Positions 20,116-27,956 of a DNA stretch of 32,000 nucleotides are shown piece by piece. The notes under the pieces were generated by a model. That model did no database searches, was not told where the DNA came from, and worked only from the letters and a program-made list of their open reading frames with translations. Source of the stretch: Aliivibrio fischeri (GTDB lineage: Bacteria; Pseudomonadota; Gammaproteobacteria; Enterobacterales; Vibrionaceae); contig NZ_WOBR01000012.1 in NCBI RefSeq assembly GCF_009727955.1, positions 30,570-62,569 on the forward strand. Direction: 5' to 3'. The position numbers were made by a program, and so were the translations under genes. Each line of letters begins with the position of its first letter. The first letter of the stretch is position 1.

Positions 20116-20144
20116 ACTATTTGGCCTATCGTAGGCCAAATAGT
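20116..20144. other. Perfect 12-bp stem / 5-nt loop hairpin with no U-tract
   Basis: ACTATTTGGCCT-atcgt-AGGCCAAATAGT, starting 9 nt after the yigL stop. No downstream T-run in either orientation. Confidence 0.6.
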
Positions 20145-20180
20145 GAGTACCATAGTAATAGCATTTAAAATCAATGCATT

Positions 20181-20210
20181 AAAAAAGCCAGAGAACTTTC
20201 TGGCTTTTTT
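20181..20210. terminator. Bidirectional rho-independent terminator between yigL and xerC
   Basis: AAAAAAGCCAGAgaacttTCTGGCTTTTTT between convergent genes. Confidence 0.85.
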
Positions 20211-20223
20211 GTATCATACGATT

Positions 20224-21135
20224 CTATTTTTTCTTCGCTCTTGGATGCGCTTGGTCATACGCTTGAGCAAGGTGTTGAAAATCTAAATGGGTGTAGATTT
20301 GAGTGGTCGAAATATTTTCGTGCCCAAGCAGTTCTTGTACCGCACGTAAATTACCACTGGATTCCAACATATGTGTCGCAAAGGAGTGACGCAATTTATG
20401 TGGGCTAATGTGACTATTTACCCCTTGTTTTAATCCCCATTCAGCCATGCGTTTTTGTACATTTCGATGAGAAATACGCACACCTAACTTAGAAACAAAC
20501 AATCCTTTTTCTTCTGGTTTTGCTAATTGATTTCGCACTCGTAACCAATGCCCTAACCACTCTTTCGCTTGACCTGAAAATGGCACTTTACGTTCTTTAT
20601 CACCTTTACCAATAACACGTAATTCGCCTTGACGTAATTGAATGTCACGAACATCAATACTGACCAGTTCCGCCAAACGTAAACCAGCACCATACATTAA
20701 TTCCATGATAGCGCGATCACGAATAGACAATGGGTCATCTTCATTTACTTCAAGTAATTGCCCCATTTCATCCACATCAATATTTTTAGGCAAAGGACGA
20801 GATTTTCGAGGTGCAGAAACCCCTTTAGCTGGATTGGCAGTCAACACATTACGCAAAACTAAAAAATCAAAGAAACTACGTAGGGAAGATAAACGCGTAG
20901 ATAAACTGCTCGCTTTTAATCCTTCACGCATTCCTTTACTGGTGACTTGTCTCACCCATCCTGCATCAACGTCTTGCCAAGACTCAACACCTAGCTCAAC
21001 AAGTTGTTCTGCTATCGTTGTTAATTGACGTTTATAGTTGCGTTGGGTGTAAATGCTGAGCCCTTTTTCATTACGTAAGAATTCATAAAAGGCATCAAGA
21101 TGCTTTGAAAATTGAATCGGTAAAACATCACTCAT
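20224..21135 (-). CDS. xerC: Tyrosine recombinase XerC (chromosome dimer resolution)
   Basis: 303 aa with the catalytic region HKLRHSFATHMLESSGNLRAVQELLGHENISTTQIYTH. Conserved dapF-yigA-xerC context. Confidence 0.9.
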   Translation of the reverse strand: MSDVLPIQFSKHLDAFYEFLRNEKGLSIYTQRNYKRQLTTIAEQLVELGVESWQDVDAGWVRQVTSKGMREGLKASSLSTRLSSLRSFFDFLVLRNVLTANPAKGVSAPRKSRPLPKNIDVDEMGQLLEVNEDDPLSIRDRAIMELMYGAGLRLAELVSIDVRDIQLRQGELRVIGKGDKERKVPFSGQAKEWLGHWLRVRNQLAKPEEKGLFVSKLGVRISHRNVQKRMAEWGLKQGVNSHISPHKLRHSFATHMLESSGNLRAVQELLGHENISTTQIYTHLDFQHLAQAYDQAHPRAKKK

Positions 21136-21832
21136 TATCTGACTTCGACCATTGAGTTAATAAATAATGAAACACACTCACTAGTTGCTCTAAAAACAGT
21201 GTGCCCATATTAGGTTGAAAATGTCCGCCATCACGGCTAGCAAATGCAATAATACCTACAGGTTTTGATGATGAACCTAAAGGTAAAATAGCAAACGAAC
21301 CTAAATCCGAGTTTGATAAATCAAGACCACCATAAGCAAAAAGACTATCGCGATCGGCTTTACGTAATCGACCTAAATAAGCGGAATGCCCATTCAGGAA
21401 TTTCTTTACAAATTTATCTAGTGCACTTTGATCTACATGATATTTAGGATGAGAGTGTTCGATAATTTTAATGTGTGCCGTTAGATTCAACTCAATGGCT
21501 TTTTTCTCAATGATTGCGACAGCTTGAGAAAAATTTTCACTCAACAACAGTTGCTTTTGAATACTTGAAAACTCATGAAATAAGCGATCATTTTGTGCTG
21601 CTAATGACATTAGTTGCGTGATCTCTTCTTCTAATTCACTAATGCGTCCACGTAACTTATTAACTTGAACTTCAACTAACGAAACCACCCCACGCTCAGG
21701 TGTATCCACCTTAATTCGATTCAATAACTCAGGATGTTTATGAAAAAAATCAGGGTGATCCGTTAAAAACTGAGCCACGATATCTTCGGTTAACTCAGTT
21801 GGCTCTATGTATTCTTGTTGCTTCTCAATCAT
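21128..21832 (-). CDS. yigA: DUF484 family protein (YigA-like, GAF-like fold, function unknown)
   Basis: 234 aa. N-terminus ...[19 protein letters not shown] is typical of DUF484. Lies between dapF and xerC, overlapping dapF by 4 nt and xerC by 8 nt. Confidence 0.8.
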   Translation of the reverse strand: MIEKQQEYIEPTELTEDIVAQFLTDHPDFFHKHPELLNRIKVDTPERGVVSLVEVQVNKLRGRISELEEEITQLMSLAAQNDRLFHEFSSIQKQLLLSENFSQAVAIIEKKAIELNLTAHIKIIEHSHPKYHVDQSALDKFVKKFLNGHSAYLGRLRKADRDSLFAYGGLDLSNSDLGSFAILPLGSSSKPVGIIAFASRDGGHFQPNMGTLFLEQLVSVFHYLLTQWSKSDNE

Positions 21833-22659
21833 ATTGATAATTGACCATCATATACGTGTGTTGCAGGACCAGTCATATATAACGGTTTTCCAGGACCTTG
21901 CCATACAATGTGCAAATCACCACCAGGTAAAGACACTTTCACTTCTTCACCCAATAATTCTTGCATAATACCAACAGCAACCGCACCACAAGCACCACTA
22001 CCACAAGCTTGAGTTTCACCAGCACCACGCTCATACACGCGTAGTTTCACTTCATTTGGTGAGATGATTTGCATAAACCCAGCATTTACACGCTCAGGAA
22101 AGCGTTCATGGCTTTCCACCAACGGTCCATACTTATCAACATCATAAGCATCAACATCATCAACAACAGTCACACAGTGAGGATTTCCCATACTTACTGC
22201 GCCACTGAATAAGGTTTTATCATCAACACGTAATAAATAGGTTTTTTCAGCTTGCGTTGCTTTAAATGGAATCTTATTTGGCTCAAATACAGGCTCACCC
22301 ATGTTCACCGTAATTTGATCATCATCTTCCACTTTTAAAATCATTTTGCCTTTTTTAGTACTGACCGAAATGCTGGTTTTATTGGTTAACCCTTTCATTC
22401 GTACAAATCGAGCGAAACAACGCGCACCATTACCACACTGCTCTACTTCCGAGCCGTCAGCATTAAAAATTCGGTAATGAAAATCCGTTTCAGGATCATA
22501 AGGGGCTTCAACCACCAATAACTGATCAAATCCAATACCACGATGGCGATCAGCCAAACGACGGATCAGGTCTGGAGAAAAGAAAATATTCTGTGTCAGA
22601 CAGTCAACAACCATAAAGTCGTTGCCTAGCCCGTGCATTTTAGAAAAATGAAAGTGCAT
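21829..22659 (-). CDS. dapF: Diaminopimelate epimerase
   Basis: [19 protein letters not shown] matches the DapF N-terminus, and both catalytic Cys motifs are present ([19 protein letters not shown]). Start trimmed from 22707 to the ATG at 22659. Confidence 0.93.
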   Translation of the reverse strand: MHFHFSKMHGLGNDFMVVDCLTQNIFFSPDLIRRLADRHRGIGFDQLLVVEAPYDPETDFHYRIFNADGSEVEQCGNGARCFARFVRMKGLTNKTSISVSTKKGKMILKVEDDDQITVNMGEPVFEPNKIPFKATQAEKTYLLRVDDKTLFSGAVSMGNPHCVTVVDDVDAYDVDKYGPLVESHERFPERVNAGFMQIISPNEVKLRVYERGAGETQACGSGACGAVAVGIMQELLGEEVKVSLPGGDLHIVWQGPGKPLYMTGPATHVYDGQLSI

Positions 22660-22695
22660 AGTTGTTCTTCTTATGTATGTTTTCTTTCTTGGCTG

Positions 22696-22729
22696 AAAAA
22701 AGAGCAAGCATGCTTAGCACCTTGCTCTT
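22696..22729 (-). terminator. Terminator-like hairpin between lysA stop and dapF start
   Basis: Minus-strand read: AAGAGCAAG-gtgctaagcatg-CTTGCTCTT followed by TTTT (six consecutive T counting the stem end). It begins 12 nt after the lysA stop and ends 36 nt before the dapF ATG. Confidence 0.5.
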
Positions 22730-22740
22730 AAATAATATTT

Positions 22741-23994
22741 TTAGTTGGGTAAAATCGCTTCCAGTTCCCACAATGAGCTTAGCTCTTCACGCTTACGAAC
22801 AAGGTGAACGTCCCCGCAATCCACCATAATCTCTGCCGCTCGGCAACGTGTATTATAGTTGGATGACATTACAAACCCATAAGCACCTGATGAGCGAACT
22901 GCCAGTAAATCATTCGCTTCTAGTACCAATGCTCGATCTTTACCAAGAAAATCACCGGTTTCACAAATAGGGCCCACAAGATCGTAATTTTGAGCGTCAC
23001 CTTCACGAGGTACAACAGGAACGATATCTTGCCACGCTTGATAAAGAGCTGGGCGCATTAAATCGTTCATTGCCGCATCAATAATCGCAAAGTTTTTATG
23101 CTCAGTGTGTTTTAAAAACTCAACTTTAGTAACTAGGATACCTGCATTTGCAGCAATAGCACGTCCCGGCTCAAAAATAAGTTCTAAATCTTGATGTTCC
23201 GCTAGTCTACCTAATAATGCTGTCGCATATTCTGAAGGTTGTGGCGGTAATTCATCACGATAAACCACACCAAGACCACCACCAACATCAAGGTGACGAA
23301 TGTTGATACCTTGTGCTTTTAAATCATCGATTAACGCAAGCAGACGATCCGTTGCATCAATAAACGGTTCAATATCGGTTAATTGAGAGCCAATATGACA
23401 ATCGATACCTTGAACATCTAAATTTGGTAGGCTTTGAGCAAATTTATACACTTCAGGCGCGCGATCAAACGCAATGCCAAATTTATTATCACGTAATCCC
23501 GTAGAGATATACGGATGTGTTTTTGCATCAACATCTGGATTAATACGTAAAGAAATAGGCGCAATAACCCCCATTTCAGCCGCAACGGCATTTAGGCGTT
23601 CAAGCTCTGGCTCTGATTCAACATTAAAGCATTTAATTTTTAACTCTAGCGCACGGCGCATTTCATCAGCCGTTTTACCTACACCAGAAAAAACAACCTT
23701 AGTTGGATCGCCACCAGCGGCAACAACACGCTCTAGTTCACCTTGAGAAACAATATCAAACCCTGAACCTAGACGAGCAAGTGCATTTAACACGCCGATA
23801 TTTGAGTTCGCTTTTACGGCATAACACACAAGATGAGGGTGATTACCTACAGAGTTATCAAATGCTTTCCAGTGACGCTCTAATGTCGCACGAGAATACA
23901 CGTATAAAGGTGTGCCGAATTGCTCAGCTAACTGTGTAATAGGCAGCTCTTCTGCCCAAAGTTGTCCATCATCTTTATAATTGAAATAATCCAA
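22741..23994 (-). CDS. lysA: Diaminopimelate decarboxylase
   Basis: 417 aa with PLP-lysine motif YAVKANSN and a fold-III decarboxylase pattern. The start codon is TTG (23994-23992) with a strong AAGGAAG Shine-Dalgarno 6 nt upstream. Confidence 0.93.
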   Translation of the reverse strand: MDYFNYKDDGQLWAEELPITQLAEQFGTPLYVYSRATLERHWKAFDNSVGNHPHLVCYAVKANSNIGVLNALARLGSGFDIVSQGELERVVAAGGDPTKVVFSGVGKTADEMRRALELKIKCFNVESEPELERLNAVAAEMGVIAPISLRINPDVDAKTHPYISTGLRDNKFGIAFDRAPEVYKFAQSLPNLDVQGIDCHIGSQLTDIEPFIDATDRLLALIDDLKAQGINIRHLDVGGGLGVVYRDELPPQPSEYATALLGRLAEHQDLELIFEPGRAIAANAGILVTKVEFLKHTEHKNFAIIDAAMNDLMRPALYQAWQDIVPVVPREGDAQNYDLVGPICETGDFLGKDRALVLEANDLLAVRSSGAYGFVMSSNYNTRCRAAEIMVDCGDVHLVRKREELSSLWELEAILPN

Positions 23995-24056
23995 TGTCGT
24001 CTTCCTTGTCTAGTTTTCGTTGTTCTGTTTATCGATTTATCCGCGAGAGTTATTGA

Positions 24057-24176
24057 CTACTCTGCCGCTTCTGTTTGTGGTGCTTCATCTGCAGGCATGT
24101 ACAACGGACCAGTTTGGCCACAACCAGCTAAAGTAAGAAGGCTCAATAGCATTAATGCCATCACTCTTTTGTGCAT
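24057..24176 (-). CDS. lptM: Small lipoprotein, LptM (YifL)-like
   Basis: Not in the ORF track (39 aa). My translation is MHKRVMALMLLSLLTLAGCGQTGPLYMPADEAPQTEAAE*. It has the lipobox LAGC followed by GQ.GPLY.P, the conserved LptM/YifL signature. It sits at the head of the dapF cluster and divergent from cyaY, as in E. coli. Confidence 0.75.
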   Translation of the reverse strand: MHKRVMALMLLSLLTLAGCGQTGPLYMPADEAPQTEAAE

Positions 24177-24257
24177 AAGATTTTACCATTAGTGTTAATA
24201 TCTACTGATGCTCTCTATAATCGCACCACAGCCAAGAAAAGCAATAGGATAAATAAG

Positions 24258-24572
24258 ATGAATAACACTGAATTTCACGAACTAGTCGATGAAAAACTGC
24301 AATTAATCGAAGATATGATTGATGATTCAGGTGCTGATATTGAACCTGTTATCACAGGAAACGTATTAACGCTGGAATTTGAAAACCGCAGCCAAATCGT
24401 AATTAACAAACAAGAACCAATGCACGAAATTTGGTTAGCTTCAAAATCTGGTGGCTTCCACTTCTCTTATGTTGATGAAAAATGGACATGTTCTAAAACG
24501 GGCATGGAATTTATCGAGATGGTAAAAGAAGAATGTCAGAAGCACGCCGATGAAGAGATTGAGTGGGTTTAA
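24258..24572 (+). CDS. cyaY: Iron-sulfur cluster assembly protein CyaY (bacterial frataxin)
   Basis: 104 aa from the ATG at 24258: MNNTEFHELVDEKLQLIEDMIDD...QIVINKQEPMHEIWLASKSGGFHF. The ORF-track upstream extension was trimmed. Confidence 0.9.
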   Translation: MNNTEFHELVDEKLQLIEDMIDDSGADIEPVITGNVLTLEFENRSQIVINKQEPMHEIWLASKSGGFHFSYVDEKWTCSKTGMEFIEMVKEECQKHADEEIEWV

Positions 24573-24580
24573 AAGCAGAG

Positions 24581-24725
24581 CTCAGATCGGTCGCAAGCTC
24601 CCTTGAAGGTTTCAGAGGAGCTTGAGATTCAGGATTCAGGATTCAGGATTCAGGATTCAGGATTCAGGATTCAGGAGGATTTTATTGCTCTTCCTGAACC
24701 CTGCAAGCGAAGCGACCTGAAACCT
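24581..24725. repeat. Imperfect-palindromic intergenic repeat element, copy A (contains a heptamer microsatellite)
   Basis: Shares CGGTCGCAAG..CCCT..AAGG.TTCAG on the left and an identical 26-nt block CCTGCAAGCGAAGCGACCTGAAACCT on the right with copy B. The arms are mutually complementary (GGTCGC/GCGACC, TTCAGG/CCTGAA). Fills the gap between convergent cyaY and prlC. Confidence 0.8.
24626..24674. repeat. Perfect heptanucleotide tandem repeat (GATTCAG)x7
   Basis: Seven uninterrupted GATTCAG units, counted directly from 24626 to 24674. Copy B of the element has a single unit at the equivalent place. Confidence 0.95.
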
Positions 24726-26767
24726 TAAGCTCCAATTCCCGCGTGACGCAGCATCGCATCTACTTGCGGCTCACGACCACGGAAACGCTTGAACAACTCC
24801 ATCGGCTCTTCACTGCCACCCATTTCCAAAATATTATTTAAGAAACTTTGGCCAGTCTCGGTATTAAAAATGCCTTCCTCTTCAAAACGAGAGAACGCAT
24901 CAGCTGATAATACTTCTGCCCATAGGTAGCTGTAATAACCTGCACTATAACCGCCAGCAAAAATATGACCAAAGCTGTGAGAGAAACGGTTCCACTCAAC
25001 ACTTGGTAATACCGCTACTTTCGCTTTCACTTCCGCTAGCGTTTCCAGCACTCGACCGCCTAGTTCAGGGTCAAAATTAGTGTGCAGTGTAAAATCAAAC
25101 AAACCAAACTCTAACTGGCGCAAAATAAACATCGCTGATTGGAAGTTTTTCGCTGCTAGCATTTTATCTAGCATCTCTTTAGGAAGCGGCTCACCCGTTT
25201 CATAATGACCAGAGATAAACGCTAGCGCCTCTTCTTCATAACACCAATTTTCTAAGAACTGACTTGGCAGCTCAACTGCATCCCAAGGAACACCATTAAT
25301 GCCCGATACCGAAGCCACATCAATTTGAGTCAGCATATGATGAATACCGTGACCAAATTCGTGGAATAACGTCACCACTTCATCGTGAGTAAACAGTGCA
25401 GGTTTACCACCGACAGGTTTATTAAAGTTACAAGTTAGATAAGCAACAGGAGTCTGTAGTTCGCCTTCTTGAGTCAAACGACGTACACGACACTCATCCA
25501 TCCATGCGCCACCACGCTTATGTTCACGAGCATACAAATCAAGGTAGAAGCTGCCGCGTAGTGTATTCGTTGAATCAAAGATATCAAAGAAACGCACTGA
25601 TTCGTGCCATACATCCACACCTTCACGCTCAACTACTGTCATACCAAACAAACGGTTCAATACTTCAAATAGACCAGATACGGCTTTTGATTCAGGGAAG
25701 TAAGGGCGAAGCTCTTCATCCGAGATTTGATACAGCTTTTGCTTTAACTTTTCAGAGTAATAAGTGATGTCCCACAGATCTAACTCATCAATACCAAACT
25801 CTTCTTTTACAAACGCTTTTAACTCTTCAACTTCACGCTCACCTTGAGGTTTTGCTTTTGTTGCTAGGTCATTTAAAAAGCCAAGTACTTGAGTTGGGCT
25901 TTCTGCCATTTTGGTTGCCAATGATTTATCACTGTATGAACCAAAACCAAGTAGACGAGCGATTTCATGACGAAGTTGTAATTCTTCTTCCATGATTGCG
26001 CTGTTATCCCACTTACCTGCATTTGGACCACGATCCGATGCACGAGTAACGAACGCTTCATAAATTTCTTTACGCAGTGGTTTATTATCACAGTACGTCA
26101 TTACAGGTAAGTAAGATGGCATTTCTAACGTAAGTAACCAGCCATCCAATTCTTTTGCTTCAGCCGCGGCTTTTGCTGCCGCCATTGCAGACTCAGGTAA
26201 ACCTGATAACTCTTTTTCGTCCGTAATGTGTTTTGACCAACCCATAGTAGCGTCAAGCACATTGTTGCTGAAGTTTGAGCTTAGCTCAGAGCTGCGTTTA
26301 CTGATCTCGCCGTAACGCTTTTGCTGATCAGCCGGTAAACCAATACCTGATAAATCAAAATCACGCAGTTCATCAATAATGGTTTTTTGTTGAGCTTGAG
26401 ATAAAGACGCAAACGCCTCGCTCTCTTTAATGGATTTATACGCTTCGTACAATCCTTTGTGTTGACCAACCCAAGTACCATATTCAGATAACTCAGGTAG
26501 GCACGCTTCATAAGCTTCACGCCATGCTTCGCTATTTTTTACTGAATTTAAATGACTTACTGGTGACCAAATACGGCTAAGACGATCATCCGTTTCCGCT
26601 AAAGGAACAATAATGCTTTCCCAGCTAGGAGTTACGTCAGAAGCTAATACTTCTTCAATTTTTGCACGGCAATCAGCAATCGCTTGTTCTACAGCAGGCT
26701 GAATATGCTCAGGCTTAATTTGAGAAAATGGAGGTAAATCGGTGAAGGTCAGTAGCGGGTTAGACAT
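24725..26767 (-). CDS. prlC: Oligopeptidase A (M3 zinc metallopeptidase)
   Basis: MSNPLLTFTDLPPFSQIKPEHIQPAV parallels the E. coli PrlC N-terminus, and the zinc motif FHEFGHGIHH is present. I prefer the second ATG (26767), because AAGGA abuts the first ATG. Confidence 0.93.
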   Translation of the reverse strand: MSNPLLTFTDLPPFSQIKPEHIQPAVEQAIADCRAKIEEVLASDVTPSWESIIVPLAETDDRLSRIWSPVSHLNSVKNSEAWREAYEACLPELSEYGTWVGQHKGLYEAYKSIKESEAFASLSQAQQKTIIDELRDFDLSGIGLPADQQKRYGEISKRSSELSSNFSNNVLDATMGWSKHITDEKELSGLPESAMAAAKAAAEAKELDGWLLTLEMPSYLPVMTYCDNKPLRKEIYEAFVTRASDRGPNAGKWDNSAIMEEELQLRHEIARLLGFGSYSDKSLATKMAESPTQVLGFLNDLATKAKPQGEREVEELKAFVKEEFGIDELDLWDITYYSEKLKQKLYQISDEELRPYFPESKAVSGLFEVLNRLFGMTVVEREGVDVWHESVRFFDIFDSTNTLRGSFYLDLYAREHKRGGAWMDECRVRRLTQEGELQTPVAYLTCNFNKPVGGKPALFTHDEVVTLFHEFGHGIHHMLTQIDVASVSGINGVPWDAVELPSQFLENWCYEEEALAFISGHYETGEPLPKEMLDKMLAAKNFQSAMFILRQLEFGLFDFTLHTNFDPELGGRVLETLAEVKAKVAVLPSVEWNRFSHSFGHIFAGGYSAGYYSYLWAEVLSADAFSRFEEEGIFNTETGQSFLNNILEMGGSEEPMELFKRFRGREPQVDAMLRHAGIGA

Positions 26768-26919
26768 ATTCATTCCTTTTTATTTCTTATTCGATTTGAT
26801 GTCACTATGTAGATAAGATGGTGCTTAATTGACTAAATTTCAATGGCTGATGCAAGAGTACACACATTGAGCCACAAACTTGGGTATAATATTCCCATTC
26901 CAATAGTGAGAGTTCATCC

Positions 26920-27759
26920 ATGTTAAGTTACCGTCACAGTTTTCATGCAGGCAACCATGCCGATGTGGTTAAACACATTGTACAAAGCCTTATCCTTAAT
27001 TCATTAACTCAAAAAGATAAGCCATTTGTTTATCATGACACCCACTCAGGTGTTGGCCGTTACGACTTAACGCATGAATGGTCTGAAAAAACAGGTGAAT
27101 ACAAACAAGGTATCGCACGTATCTGGGATCAAGCGAATCTTCCAGAAGAAATCACCAGCTACCTTGATGCTATCAAAACCTTAAATGACGGCGAAGAGCT
27201 GCGTTACTACCCGGGTTCTCCTCGTGTTGGCCGTGCACATTTGCGTCGCCAAGACCGTATGGTACTAACGGAACTTCACCCTTCAGATTACCCACTGCTT
27301 GAACAAGAGTTTCATCGTGATCGCCAAGTGTCTATCTATAAAGAAGACGGCTTTGCGCGACTAAAAGCAAGTCTTCCGCCAAAAGAGCGCAGAGGATTAG
27401 TCTTAATCGACCCACCTTATGAGCTTGCAAAAGAATATCGCGATGTAGTTACTGCTATTGGCCAAAGTCATAAGCGTTGGGCTACGGGTATTTATGCGAT
27501 TTGGTATCCTGTTGTAAATCGTCACGATATCGACGATATGATCAACGGATTAAAAAAATTAGATATTCGTAACATTCTGCAAATTGAATTAGGTGTATCA
27601 CCAGATACCAACGAGCGTGGCATGACAGCATCAGGCATGATCGTGATTAACCCACCTTGGAAACTAGAAAGCCAAATGAACGATATTTTGCCTTTCTTAA
27701 AAGAAGCGATTGCACCTGCAACAGGTCACTTCAAAGTAGAGTGGATTGTTCCAGAATAA
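26920..27759 (+). CDS. rlmJ: 23S rRNA (adenine2030-N6)-methyltransferase RlmJ
   Basis: 279 aa with MLSYRHSFHAGNHADVVKH and the DPPY motif (LIDPPYE). The prlC / rlmJ / gor neighbourhood matches E. coli. Confidence 0.88.
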   Translation: MLSYRHSFHAGNHADVVKHIVQSLILNSLTQKDKPFVYHDTHSGVGRYDLTHEWSEKTGEYKQGIARIWDQANLPEEITSYLDAIKTLNDGEELRYYPGSPRVGRAHLRRQDRMVLTELHPSDYPLLEQEFHRDRQVSIYKEDGFARLKASLPPKERRGLVLIDPPYELAKEYRDVVTAIGQSHKRWATGIYAIWYPVVNRHDIDDMINGLKKLDIRNILQIELGVSPDTNERGMTASGMIVINPPWKLESQMNDILPFLKEAIAPATGHFKVEWIVPE

Positions 27760-27767
27760 AAAAAATA

Positions 27768-27874
27768 AGGGTTCAGGCCGGTCGCAAGTCCCCTCAAAGG
27801 ATTCAGGAAAAGCAGATAGCATTGCTCAGTTTTATCTCTTTCCTGAAACCTGCAAGCGAAGCGACCTGAAACCT
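27768..27874. repeat. Imperfect-palindromic intergenic repeat element, copy B
   Basis: AGGGTTCAGG-CCGGTCGCAAGTCCCCTCAAAGGATTCAGGAAAAG ... CTCTTTCCTGAAACCTGCAAGCGAAGCGACCTGAAACCT. CCTGAAACCT occurs twice on the right arm (27842-27851, 27865-27874), mirroring AGG.TTCAGG twice on the left arm. Confidence 0.8.
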
Positions 27875-27956
27875 AGTAGACCTTGAAAAAGAAAAATTTG
27901 GTCGCATTTCATACATAGTATGTAAAAAGAATTAAAAAAATATTGGAGAGAAAGTA

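Noticed and set aside
20224-21135. Tyrosine recombinase considered as the integrase of a genomic island or prophage
   Set aside because: It sits in the universally conserved dapF-yigA-xerC arrangement and has XerC-type catalytic motifs. There is no flanking tRNA, direct repeats or phage/accessory cargo.
23962-24192. Plus-strand 76-aa ORF between lysA and cyaY
   Set aside because: The same DNA encodes, on the minus strand, a 39-aa lipoprotein with a lipobox and the LptM signature in the syntenic position. The plus-strand product has no recognisable features.
11653-24257. N-terminal extensions in the ORF track for hslO (11653), the AsmA-like gene (14628), pldB (18141), dapF (22707), cyaY (24171), gspI (4100) and prlC (26773)
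   Set aside because: The extensions start at TTG or at upstream ATG codons without ribosome-binding sites, and they add residues absent from the well-known N-termini of these families. Downstream ATGs with GGAG/GAGG-type sites were preferred.
24626-24674. Tandem repeat array considered as a possible CRISPR or mini-CRISPR
   Set aside because: The units are 7 nt, directly abutting with no spacers, and no cas genes are nearby. It is a microsatellite.
24581-24725. The palindromic elements considered as integron attC (VCR-like) sites
   Set aside because: They lack the GTTRRRY core sites at the ends and do not resemble the Vibrio VCR consensus as I remember it. There is no integrase or cassette array, and the flanking genes are conserved housekeeping genes in E. 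coli-like order.
27882-27910. CTTGAAA ... TCGCATTT upstream of gor as a second sigma-32-type promoter; also a GGTCGC and a CCTTGAA fragment reminiscent of the repeat element arms
   Set aside because: The -10 match is poor (two mismatches in the CCCC core), and gor is not an established heat-shock gene. The 6-7 nt similarities to the element are short enough to be chance.
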